From the NCBI GenBank assembly GCA_043228905.1, contig JBHGNT010000011.1:12834001-12898000 (forward strand): a stretch of 64,000 bases of DNA, given 5' to 3'. Both the position numbers and the translations under genes were made by a program. Source of the stretch: Azolla caroliniana. Its lineage: Eukaryota > Plantae > Polypodiophyta. Shown piece after piece: positions 21,370-32,703 of the stretch. Position 1 is the first letter of the stretch. Every line of letters starts with the position of its first letter. The notes beneath the pieces are model-generated. The model saw only the letters and a program-made list of their open reading frames with translations, was not told the origin of the DNA and made no database searches.

Positions 21370-24300
21370 GTTTGAATCGAAACCCATTGACCCATTGACC
21401 CATAACTTCTCCGGCGAGTGTCCCTAGTTGGTAGGAACCGTTGAACTCTCATGTAATCCAATATGGTCTAGTTCACCGAAACCGTAGCTTCCCTGGCATC
21501 TTACCCACCGAATACAAGTACTGGCTTGCCAATCTCGAACATTTTTTCATTACCTTTCCGGTGTCGATCGACGAACGCTTTCCTTCTCCGTTGCTCCAGT
21601 TCCATGTGTATCAGGCTGGCTATCCGGTGTTCCTCTAGTTTGCATAGTGCTGCTAGTTGGATTGTTTCCGACTCCTTCTCGTTTAGGCGTTCCCGAACTT
21701 GTAACAGCAAACTGGGAACTTGGAATTTGATCGGCATTACCGCTTCCAATCCGAATGCTAATCGGAAAGGCGTTGTCCGGATACTTGTCTTATACGCTGT
21801 CCGGTAGGCCGAGAGTGCACTGTGCAGCTTTGTATCCCAATCCGTCCAGTTCTCATTAACTATTTTCCGCAAGATGTTTTGTAGTGTCTTATTTGTGGAT
21901 TCGGCTAATTCATTGGCTTGCGGATAATACTGAGTGCTTCACTTGTGCACCACCGCATAGAATGTCATCAAACTCTCCACCACTTGTCCTAGGAAATGCC
22001 CACCTTGGTCGCTAATAAGCTCGATCGGACATTCGGCACCAGATATATTCATATAAAAACTTTGTCGTGGATGCCGCGGTGTTGTCACGTAGTGCTTTGG
22101 ACTCCACCCACTTGGTGTAGTAGTCCGTAGCGACAATCACGTATCGGTTGCCGGTTCTCATTGTTGGTTGGTGGTTTAAATGGGCCGACGAAGTCCAGCC
22201 CCCATTTCTAAAATGGTTCCAATGGCAACACCGGCTAGTGAGGTATTCTTGCATGTTCCGTTGGTTGGCCCATCCGCTAACATAAATCGCATTCTTTAGC
22301 ATACCGAATGGCATCTTTTAATGTTGTCGGCCACCATAGGCCACTCTGCCATATTTTCCTTGCCGTAGCGTCCCTAGTATAATGCCCTCCGGCAACGCCG
22401 CAGTGTGCTTCCTGCAGTATTTGGTCTTTTTCATCGCTGTGCACCGCGCGCCGCCATATGCCATCCGTGCCTTTATGGTACAGTGTGTCTTGCAGTAGGC
22501 AGAAGTGCCGACTTTGTACTGCTAATCGTTTCCGCTCGCCTCTGTTCATCTCCTCTGGAGGTAATCCAATGCTCAGGAATTGGTGCATGTTAGTGAGCCA
22601 CTTGTCCTCTTCGGCGATCGTACCATCTGTTGTCGTTTCTGTTGTGACCCTAAACAACTCTGCATCCGGAAACTCGTCTGGGGCTCCGTCACCAGTTTCA
22701 CTGGAGTCTAATCGGCTGAAATAATCCGCAACCGCATGTTGTATGCCTGGCCGGTGAAATATCTCGAACTCAAATTCCTATAATAATAACGTCCATCGGA
22801 CCAGCTTACCCGTGAGTGATGCTTTTGAGACCAAGTAAAGTAGCGCCGAATGCTCTACATGAAAGGAAAATTTCCTCCCCAATAGGTAGTGTCGGAACTT
22901 GGTGACGTTGTAGATCATGCCCAAGGCTTCTCTTTCCATCGTTGAGTAATTAGTTCCACCTGGGACAGCTTCCGGCTGGCATAATACACGGGCCGGTACC
23001 ACTTCAGTTCGGTAAGATGCATTAATGCACTCCCAATTGCTATGTCGAACACGTCTACGAATACGTGGAATTCTTTAGACCAATCCGGAGGTTACACCAC
23101 CGATGCTTGTGATAGTAGTACTTTTAATGCCCGGTAAACCTTCTCTTCTGTGTCCGTCCATTGAAACGGTGTGTGGTGCACCGCAACATGCAATGGTGTG
23201 GCCAGATCTGCTAGATACCAAAGCATCCGGCTATGCCACCGGATTTGTCCTAGGAACCGACTCAAAGCTGTCGCCGTGGTCGGTGCCGGTGCCTCCAAAA
23301 TTGCTTTGACCTTGTCTAGGTCTACTGCAATACCGTCCTTGCTAACGATGTGGCCTAGTAATGCACCTCTTGACACTCCGAACACGCATTTCGCCGGGTT
23401 AAGGCTTAACCGGTAAACCCTACATTTCTCAAGACATAGTCGGAGGTATTGGAGGTGTTCCCCTTCTCGGCTGTACACGGCGAAATCGTCTAGGAACACC
23501 TGCGTGAATGCTGGAATAAATTCTCCGAAAATCTCCATGATTATCCGTTGAAAGGTTGTCGGGGCCGTTTTAAGTCTGAACATCATGACTACGACGACAA
23601 ATACTCCCCATTCGGTAACAAAAGCGGTTTTCTCCTGGTCGTCGGGGTGCATCCGGATCTGATTGTAGCCGTTGAATCTGTCCAGGAAACTATAAACTTC
23701 GTGGCCGGCTACTGCATCCAGGACTCCATCCGTAAAAGGGAGTGGGAAGGCGTTGCTGCATTCAACTTCCGGTAGTCAAAACATACCTTGATTTTTCTGT
23801 TCTTTTTCGGTACGACGACTATCAGACTCAGCCATGTCGCCTTCTTGACCGGTCGGATGAACCCTACCCGTAACAATTTGTCGATTTCGTCCTTTACTTT
23901 TGCTGCATAGTTAGGGTTCATTTGGTAGCGTCGTTGAGCCACCGGCTTGGCATCCTTACTCAGATGTATCTGGTGTTGATACAACTGAGGATCTAGCCCC
24001 CGCATGTCCTCATAAGACCACGCGAATACGTCCCGGAACTCCTTTAATAAGGTGATGATTTTCGTCTTCCTTTCTGGAGTGATTTCTTTGGCGATGTGAA
24101 CCGGTCTTGCGTCTTCTGCGGTGCCTAGGTTTACCTCTTCCAGCTGAGAAGCTTTTACGCGTTGCGATACTGCCAATTCCTTCTCCAAAGCTTCTTGCGC
24201 TTGTCGTAACTCTCTGATGGCTTCTTTATCTGGTTCTTCATCGGCATTCTCCGGTTGCATTATATATGGTGCCTCTATTACGGCGACATCAATTTCAAAT

Positions 24301-25000
24301 AAAGGTACAATTTTCAGATTCTCCTGTAAGTACTGATCAAACTCTTCATCAGCCAATCCTTCAAGCATGTTGACACATTCCGCATACAACGGTGTCAGCT
24401 CCTTGCCGGTACTCGAATGTGTTTGTGTAGGTACTTGTACTTTCGTTTTGCCGCGCCGGAAAGTAATTATGTTTTTCCGCCAGTTCTGCTTGATGTGCGC
24501 TGTTTTTAGCCATGGGTGGCCCAACAACAGTGGGTATGCCCCTTGTGCATTGAGCTGGAGGACTACTGCCGAAATGCGGAAGGTGTGACCTCAGATAGTC
24601 ACTTCCAAATCTCGTATCAATCCGGTAGGTCTTACTAAACTTGTGTCGGCCATCCGGAGCCAAATGGGGCACGGCTCCCAGTCCTAGATTCCCAAGGTAT
24701 TACAAGTTCAGAGGCTAATCACATTCACATCGGATCCTCCGTCTATAATCATTCCAAGTAGCTCTCGTCCCTTGACGATGGTTGTGATAGCCGGATTGCT
24801 CGTGTCCACTACTGTCAGTCCTTCCTCCGGATTAGAAAAGAACGCCGGAGCCGGTGGCGTGTCGACCGCAGTCATTCCCGTCTTCAATCCTTTCGTAAAC
24901 CGAGGTACTAACTGCAATAGCCAACCTAATGGCAGTGTGATTTGGCATTCTTGCAATGCCTGCCATGTTGGGTTTTCCGGCTGGCTATTGTCGGTGGGCT
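21370..25000 (-). pseudogene. pol: E3 pol (PR, RT, RNase H, integrase), heavily frameshifted
   Basis: IIDGGSDVNVIS (PR), EKTAFVTEWG...FLDDF (RT), NYSTMEREALG (RH), HCGVAGGH...[12 protein letters not shown] and WDTKLHSAL (INT). Confidence 0.9.
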
Positions 25001-26345
25001 CCTCTGGATTCTCTTTTTGTTGTTGTTATACAGTGGCCTACTTCCGGATGGCTTCCTAGGTTTCCCACTCCGTTGCTTTTCCTTTTGACCTCGTGGTCAC
25101 TTGTTGTATGTCCGTGACTTCCGCTTCCACCATGTTTACCGTTGGTCGCTTATCGTAGCTTTTCGCCGAACATTGGTTACTGTAGTGTCCCTCTTGTCGG
25201 CAATAGTAGCAATAAGCCTTCTGGGTGTTGCTGGATTCTACTATCGCTCCGGCACCCGGTTGAGGTCCTGTTGTAAGTGCTTGGCCTTGGTCCAGTTGGG
25301 TGCTTGTTGTACCCTTGTCCGGCTCCTGTTGGTGATCCCCGTTTTTATTGAAATGTCGTTTTTTGTTGAAATGCTTTTTGTTCCGGTAATCCTGTCGGGG
25401 CCGGTTGTCATACTTGCCATAGTCCTCTCTTCGTGAGTTGTAACCGGGGGAGTGATCCCGGTTGTATCGCTCATTCTGTTCCCCATTATAATCCTAATAT
25501 CTATCATACTGGTCGCGGTCATAAGTGTCTTTTCGATCACTGTACCGGACATCTTGTGCTGGTACCAGATCTTGCGTCAGGCGCCATCTGGCGGCGGGCC
25601 CTTCCAGGGTCATGCTGAACTCCGCCATCTTTGAGCGTTCTGCTTCGGTTGCGGTTAAGCGTTGTGACACATGATTCACTTCCCAAGTCTGCTGAAATGC
25701 ATAGATGTGGGCCTCTGCGTCCGGATCATCCCGGTACTTGGGATATTGAAATGGCATGTCGTCGTCTAGTGTCGGAACGTGGGTTGGTGCTGTCGGAGGT
25801 CTTTCCTCCTCCTCTGTCGTAGGTCATTCTTCCTTTGTGGGAGTTCTTGCTTCCTCTGTGGGAGGTCTTTCTTCTTCGGTGGGAGGTCTTTCCTCCACTG
25901 CTTCGGGTGTCGGGGGTTGCTCAGAACTGGGCCGGTCTGTGGCTTCCAGCTCTTTCACTTCTGGTTCTGGTGTCGGTAGGGTATCCGATTACTCGTCCGT
26001 TGGTCCGTCTGGGGTGTCGTGACTGCTGTGGTAATTGGAATGAGCGCTATATTCGCTGTCCAAGTCCGATTCAAAGGCTGAAAACGGTTCTAAATTGCCT
26101 TCTCCTGCAGCTAATGCCTGCAGAAGGGATTCCGCTTCCCGAAGACTACTTAAGTTGCTTCCTTCGTCGGGGTGGAAATCTTGTTGCAAATGGAGTGACT
26201 CCTCGGCCACTCGTCCGATCACTTTGGAAAATGATTGATCCGCACGAATCTCTTCCGCCGCCTGCTGGAAGGCCTCTCGCTTCCGCAACCGCTCAGTAAG
26301 TCTCCTTGCTCGATCTGTAACCGGTCCATTCGTTGGTCTAGTCAT
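25001..26345 (-). pseudogene. gag: E3 gag, disrupted
   Basis: ORF pieces 25989-26345 and 25494-25757 (PFQYPKYRDDPDAEAHI), and knuckle CYYCRQEGHYSNQC near 25170-25215. Confidence 0.8.
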
Positions 26346-26382
26346 CCATTCCCGCCGATGTTCGCTGCAGTTATGCAGTAAT

Positions 26383-26393
26383 TGTGGTCGCCA
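26383..26393 (-). promoter_or_regulatory. E3 primer binding site, tRNA-Arg(UCG)-like
   Basis: Minus strand TGGCGACCACA, 7 nt (TAGTTTT) after the 5' LTR, is complementary to ...TGTGGTCGCCA, the 3' end of plant tRNA-Arg(UCG). Confidence 0.7.
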
Positions 26394-26400
26394 AAAACTA

Positions 26401-26856
26401 TGTTACTCCTAAGGGCTGGACAATAGCCTAACACAAGGTGTCTACGGAAGACACTTCACCAAAGGGTGTTAAGGCGAGGTAAAGACTAACGATTGATCAG
26501 ACCTTTATTGACTACTTAAGCAACATATCATGAATCTTAATACACGCATAAGATAGAAAGTACTAACACAAAACGGTAATCAATACACAGAGATAAGACA
26601 ATAGGGCTTTATTAATTATCTGTCTTGATTTACAATGTAACTGGGCCTTTTTATAGATCATCGGCTCTGCATACAAAACAGTGCCAACCGGCACACTAAT
26701 ATGAACCGGTCCGTATCCAGATCGGCATACCAATTCCGGTCCGTCCATTTACTTCTCAAAATATACTTAATTACTAATTATTCTAATAACAGCTTTCGAT
26801 AATTCCTGCCCTTTCACATTCTGGACTGTCCTCTGCTCCTTGCCGGCTGGCTAACA
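26401..26856 (-). repeat. E3 5' LTR
   Basis: TGTTA...TAACA termini. Minus-strand TATA (CTATAAAAAG) near 26647-26656 with downstream AATAAA motifs. Confidence 0.93.
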
Positions 26857-26861
26857 CGACT

Positions 26862-26970
26862 GATTTGGCTACTAACCAAGTCGATTATTCATTTTCGGCC
26901 TCCGCCACGTTTACCTATCGACTCTATTACATTCAGTTCCTCCCATCCGGAGGGACCTGTTTTCCCAACA
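26862..26970 (-). repeat. Probable outer part of the copia LTR
   Basis: Continues 8481-8703 after TSD removal; the minus strand starts TGTTGGGAAAA. Confidence 0.5.
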
Positions 26971-27600
26971 AGACCTTCTTTGCCTCTAGATTTCCAAATG
27001 ATCCAAAGCATGTAGCGGCTATGGTGGGCTAGATGTCACTCAACCTATTCAAACACCAAATTTGCAATTCCCTGACTGGTTGTACAATGCATTTATTTCT
27101 TTTTACCGAAAACACCTTCAGCCTACCTAAGTCTCTTGATATCCCAACTTTCTTCTCCAATCTTTACCATAGTGCAAATCCCAAAGATATGGAGCCTTCC
27201 AACCCGCTCTTCATTAGTATTCTCATCACTTTTGACTAAACTTCCTATGCATGAGAGCATTCCCATAAGAAATGCTCTAGAGATTCGAGTCCTGAAGAGC
27301 ACAACTGCAGTTCCCATCAATTCCTCTTTTTTGCATCCAAACGCCTATCGGAAGAGTTCTGTGGCTACATAGCAATAAGAAAGCGTTTATTTTTTCAGCA
27401 ATCTTAGAGACCCATAATTGTTTCCAATATTGTTTTAGGAAATCATAATGCAAGTCTTCCTTGATCCACTTGCTAGGAAGGCCCTCTTGCTCCAAGTTCT
27501 TGAGTTGTAGAATACTGTGGCCAAGCAATTTAACCAATTCTTGATACCTTCAAATGTTAGGATACTGTCCCTCCCAATGGGAGAAGTTGGCTATTGATTG
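26971..27600 (-). mobile_element. L1-type LINE remnant (zf-RVT region)
   Basis: WKQLWVSKIAEKINAFLLLCSHRTLPIG...NCSC resembles the plant L1 zf-RVT domain; degenerate. Confidence 0.65.
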
Positions 27601-27620
27601 GGACAATCAACAGTCAAATT

Positions 27621-28230
27621 GGAATTAGAATTAGAATTAGAATTAGAATTTTTATCGTCCATAAAGAGACCAGAGTATACATGTGTTCTTGATATATGTC
27701 TCCTTCCTAAGAAGGGGTATTCATATGTTGAAGCACAAAGTCTCTATGTGTTAATAAAGCATACACATATGAGCTCAACCTTCTAGGTGGTGTCTTAAGT
27801 ATGGATCTTAAGTTATCACTCCCTCTTAGTATGTCAACATATCTTGAACGAATTGCACTATGTGTCGAGCATGTGAAGAGCAAGTGACATTCATCCTCTA
27901 CCATGCCTTCATTGCATACTTTACATGTCTTCAAATTCGTTACATTTTGATACCATGATGCAACTTCAATATCTAACTTGTGAGATCGAGTGCGAAGTAG
28001 TGTAAGGGCTCTACGAGCATTGCTACTCATATTGGTAATGAGATAAGGTTGGCTACGATCAATAGACATTCTTGCTTTATATTGAGACCAACATTCAGGG
28101 TTGACATTTGCAATGTAGTATTCTAGCTTTGTCCTCTTAGCATCCTCCCACTTCATCTTTAATGATTCCACCAACCTTTCCTCAATCATTACATATTGCA
28201 TAACATTGCCTGAAAGCTCTAAAAGATCAT
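27621..28230 (-). mobile_element. 5'-truncated non-L1 LINE (RTE-X/L2-like C-terminus) with microsatellite tail
   Basis: ORF end LTLLRTRSHKLDIE...CKVC...EDECHLLFTC...IRSRY, a short 3' UTR, and a (TAATTC)n tail at 27621-27650. Confidence 0.7.
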
Positions 28231-28239
28231 CCACACCCC

Positions 28240-29045
28240 ATCATGGTGTGGGGTTGTGATCAAACGTGCTCCTACAAGTGAACAGTTGGATAGTAATGGT
28301 GTTAAGTTACAAAATGCACATGATGTTGTGGACTGGCTAACATGGAAGATGTCAAATGATGGTAAGAACAGATTGTTTGTTGAGGTTCGCGCTGATGAGG
28401 TCGATAGAACTAAATCATATGGTTGTAAAACCGTGAAAGGCACGTGCAGCACCCATTGTGTATTAGGGTTTAGCCGCAAGGACACAACACAATTGTTACT
28501 CTGTACTTTATCATGCTTTTGTTCCATGTGTATAGATGAAGCTTGGGATGAATGCATCAACCTATCAATCGTGGAGCCCTAGAAGCTACAGAAGCTTGAG
28601 CCTGAACGACAAGATGATATTGAAGAGGATGCACATTCAAACAATATTGTATACTACAACTAACGTGAAGACTTGGCAATTTTATTGGAAGTTGGAGATC
28701 ATTTTGTAGTGCTCAAATCTCCTCAGAATGAAGATTTAGAAGACTACTACATTGTGGTGTGCAAGCAAGGGAAGACATTATTGAAAGAAGTGGTGAGGGA
28801 TGGTTGGGGCAACATGTTCAACGTTGGTGAGTCTGTCGTGTATGGAAATTATTATGCAAAGTTGCCGCAATGCAAGAACACATGCATTACTAAAAGATGC
28901 ACCCACTGCAATAATCTACATTGTTGCCATTATTGCGATCAAGTTCAATATGACTTAAGCAAAGCACAACGTTAAGAGATACAACACTGTCTACAAGGTC
29001 CCCCAAGAGTTCATGAGCACATCTTGGGGGAGGTCTCTTTGTTTA
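28240..29045 (+). pseudogene. Degenerate DNA-transposon transposase C-terminal region (Sola2-like, tentative)
   Basis: GVGVVIKRA..EQL...LQNAHDVV...TVKGT...HCV...LSCFCSMC...C resembles the region after the HGKG..DG motif of Sola2-like transposases. Has stops. Confidence 0.4.
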
Positions 29046-29539
29046 ATGCTTGAAAGTTGCCCTATTAATACATTGTAGTTGGCAACTGAAAAACATCCTC
29101 TTGTAGTTCACTATTTGTACATTGTATCTAGATCGGTTATTAATTTTGATGATTGACAAGTGAATCGATATATTTCGTCTTTCTTCTAAAGTGTTTCTAG
29201 TAATTATTGAGCTTGTTTTGTAAGTGTTCATCGTAATTATAGAGTTGCTTGTTTCTAATCTCTATTACGTGAAGTCTTTATTCAAGTATCAATACTTAGT
29301 AGCATCAACATGGCCCAAACTTATTCAAGTATCGATACCAATAGTATAAAACAAGTATCAATCTGAATAGTAAGTATTTCTTGTAATTATAGTAGTAAAT
29401 GTTTTTAGTAATTATAGAGTTTTTTATTTCTAATCCCTATTGTGTTAAGTCTCTATTCAACTCTACATATGTGCACTCAAGGAGACCATACTTCGCAAGT
29501 ATCAATACAACCCAAACTTATTACAATATACATATTAGT

Positions 29540-29802
29540 TTAGTCTCCCAACGTATCTCAGTTAGACGGATATATATATATATATATATCCTAGTTTAGT
29601 ACTAATATGAATGTCAAATTTTCACTAATACATAGTAGTCTCCCAACGTTTCTCAGTTAGATGGATATAACATATGTCAGTTCAATATTGATATGAATGT
29701 CAAATGTTCACTAATACATAGTAGTCTCCCAAAGTATATCAGTTAGACGGATACATACATCTTAGTTTAGTACTAATATGAATGTCAAATGTTCCCTAAT
29801 AC
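29540..29802. repeat. Tandem repeat, 3 copies of ~85-95 bp
   Basis: TAGTCTCCCAA...CAGTTAGA(C/T)GGATA...ATATGAATGTCAAAT...CTAATACA occurs three times. Confidence 0.85.
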
Positions 29803-30239
29803 ACAAACGGAGATAGTATCTAATTTGAAATCAACACAATCATGGCTGCTTGACAATTGTCAATTGTCAACATTCTCATTCTCTACAATTAGCAATATAG
29901 CATTTCACATTACGCCAACACTAGATGAGTGAACTGTTAGACAGTATTTTGGTATTACATACAAATAGTTCAAGTACAAACATCACTAACAGTTCAGCTA
30001 TAGTTCAAGTACAAACTTCTCAATAGAAAGACAATCAATCACCATTTCACAATTTCGCCGATCTGTAATGCGCTTGTTATTGGTGCCAATCTTCTATGAT
30101 TTTACATTCTTCTTCATCTTAAAGCCTTTAGGTATCAACTTACTAAGTGGCACTTCATCATCAAAGGCATCAAAGAAGGTGTTACCGATTAGGAACACCG
30201 CGATTGCCACCTCCGATTTCTTTGCTTCATCCCGTAATT

Positions 30240-30475
30240 GGGTGTCGACGAACACGTGGAATGGCTTCGCCCAAACTAGTGGTTGTACGCCGGGGGCTTG
30301 TGTGAGCATTATCTTAAGTGCCTCATAGGCCTTATCCTCCATTCTGGTCCATTGGAAGGGAGTCTGATGCACGGCAGCATGTAACGGTGTGGCGAAGTCC
30401 GCCAAATATCGTATCATCCGACTATGCCATCGTATTTGTCCTAAAAATTGGCCAAGTGATTTCGCGGTCTGCGGT
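30240..30475 (-). pseudogene. RT/RNase H linker fragment of an E3-like gypsy element
   Basis: FLGQIRWHSRMIRYLADFATPLHAAVH...KPFHVFVD, similar to E3 at 23060-23270. Confidence 0.85.
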
Positions 30476-30499
30476 CAGTCCTCCAACCTAGACCTCCAA

Positions 30500-30905
30500 G
30501 TGATTGTGAAACAACGAATGGTGGCGTTTATGCGTAATGCATAGGGGAATGTTCCCCGTAACCTATCAACGTACAAGGGAGATGGCTACAACCGACTCCT
30601 TATCAATGGTTACACTCACGTTCTTACACGCTCAGGTATTCCAAATACATAGTAGATTAGCCGTAGTTATACACAGACTTTCAGAGAAGATAGAATTCTA
30701 TTACGATACACTTCTTTACATTCCAAAATACACGCTCCCTCTATCAGAGGTTTTCTGCCCTTTATATACGCAGGTTCTATTTAGCCGTTCACACTTCCTA
30801 CGTGAACCGTTACATGCGTTATGATCTTATATTATTTCTTATTCCTACGCTCTTGTCCGTCGGTTACTATTCCGGCGGACAATAGACGGGTGGATGTACG
30901 GGCAC
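30500..30905 (-). repeat. LTR-like fragment
   Basis: Non-coding segment next to the RT fragment, with a minus-strand TATATAAAGGG near 30757-30768. No partner copy in the window. Confidence 0.35.
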
Positions 30906-31029
30906 CTTGGACCAGTGGCAAGCTTGAGAGAGCAAATGTTTTTTCTACAACTGCAATGCTTGTACACACATCTACAAAGGTACTATTGATAGTCAAATTA
31001 TCACTCATCTTGTTCTCCAGATGTTGTTG

Positions 31030-31418
31030 CTCTTGTATGTGGGTTGTAGTAGTACTCATGGTTAACTCCTGGTTGGTGATAGTCATCTCATTCTTAAGAC
31101 CACCGTGCTCCCCTTCCTGGGTGGTCTTTGTTGCCCTGTCCTCATGGGTGATGCTAGTATGCTCGTTCTCAGTACAATTAGGATCCTGTATGTGGGTTGT
31201 AACAGTACTCATGTGAACTCCTCCTGGTTGGTGATAGCCACCTCATTCTTAAGACCATCATGATCCCCTTCCTGGGTGGTCTTTATTGCACTATCCTCAT
31301 GGGTGATGCTAGTATGCTCGTTCTTAGTACAATCAGGCTCCTATATGTTGGTTGTGGCAGTACTCATGGTCAACTCCTCCTCGCTGGTGATAGTCACCTC
31401 ACTCTTAAGACCACTATG
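31030..31418 (-). repeat. ~126-bp (42-aa) coding-type tandem repeat, left part
   Basis: Unit like TTHIQEPDCTKNEHTSITHEDKAIKTTQEGEHNGLKNEVTITNQEELTM, about 3 copies; continues at 44471 after E5. Confidence 0.85.
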
Positions 31419-31892
31419 TGTTAAGAGTCTATTACTAATCAATAGACCAAATCAAGTAAAAAGGAAGAAAATAGATTGGATAGAAGAACCCGTTCCACCC
31501 GACCACCCCCGAGCTATGATCTAGACATAGCCAACCTACCACCGACGTCCCATACCGCCGGATATTAGGATGACTAATACCTTGGAAGAGTTAAACACGA
31601 TCGTTGAGACGAAAGCCTAGCCCGCACCACCGGTGTCTACGACAGCAGCCTTCCGACGTGATGATCCCTATGAGGGTAGCTAAGCCTCATATTTATACCT
31701 TTTCCTAGGCCCCTTGAATAGATGTGCCTTTCTAAAAGGCTCTCTATTCATTGGTTGTCTAAATCATGATAGTGCATGCACATATCATTCATTCTATCCA
31801 ATCATTAGTCCCCTTTTTAATAATAGTGAACATACCCTTCACTAATGTAAATATTAGTGACCTACCCTCACCAACGTTATGTGTACATAACA
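31419..31892 (-). repeat. E5 3' LTR
   Basis: TGTTA...TAACA; repeat of 43997-44470. Confidence 0.97.
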
Positions 31893-31899
31893 TACTCCC

Positions 31900-32154
31900 C
31901 TACTTCAAAAGATTGCACTCTTGCAATATAAAGTGAGGAAATTGTGCCTTAAGCGAATGCTCGCGTTCCCATGTGGCATCATCAATAGGTTTATCCATCC
32001 ATTTGATCTTGAATAGCCGAATCTCTTTAGAACGTAAACGTTTAGTACGAGAATCAAGAATTCGTTCAGGAACATGAGGTTTGTAAGAAAAATCCTCTAA
32101 TGTTACAAGATCTTGGATTGTGATGGTGTTATCACCAGAGCCTAAAAATGGTTT
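31900..32154 (-). pseudogene. pol: E5 pol C-terminus (chromodomain), separated from the rest by E6
   Basis: KPFLGSGDNT...PERILDSRTKRLRSKEIRLFKIKWMDKPIDDATWERE...LLK*, the in-frame continuation of HPVFHVSRL after removing E6. Confidence 0.9.
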
Positions 32155-32703
32155 TGTCGTGACTCTTGAGTAGGAAGCAGAGAGAGAGAGCGATGGCGAT
32201 AGAGATAACGATAACGATAGAGATGGCGAGAGCGGTAGAGATAGCGATAGTGATAGAAAGAGAGTGAAAGAGGGAGAGAGTGCGAGAGAGAGAAAAGTAT
32301 AAGTGAGAGATAAGAAATGGGAATGCGATTATATTATGAGAAAGAAGATTACAAGGAGTAGGCTAAGGGCTAAAGACTGGTGTTGAACCGAATGAGTTGT
32401 GATGAGTGTATGGACTCTTATTTATAGGCCCTTATGGAGTATTCTAGAATGTTCTAGAATATTTTAGATATTTATGAATAATAATAATAATAAATATAAT
32501 CATGAAATATTCAAGAACATTCTAGAATAATCTAGAATGTTCTAAATATCTCATAATAACTAAACATATAATTATTATGATTACATCTCACATATGTTAT
32601 TACAATGGTTAAAGTACAATATGTAAACCAAGAGGTTATGGGTTCGATTCCTGGTTCGCCAAGATGAATGTCATGATAAGCCAAGATGTATGTCTTCATG
32701 ACA
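32155..32703 (-). repeat. E6 3' LTR
   Basis: TGTC...GACA; repeat of 37541-38089. Confidence 0.97.

Larger units (their letters stand above)
8709..26856 (-). mobile_element. E3: Ty3/gypsy non-chromovirus (Athila/Tat-related) element with two extra 3' ORFs; degenerate; hosts E2 and E4
   Basis: LTRs at 26401-26856 and at 8709-8858 plus 15853-16143. 5-bp TSD CGACT (8704-8708 and 26857-26861). Minus-strand gag, PR, RT, RH and INT fragments. Confidence 0.93.

Noticed and set aside
32595-32661. Functional tRNA gene in the E6 LTR
   Set aside because: The acceptor, D and anticodon stems do not pair; only the B box and CCA are tRNA-like.
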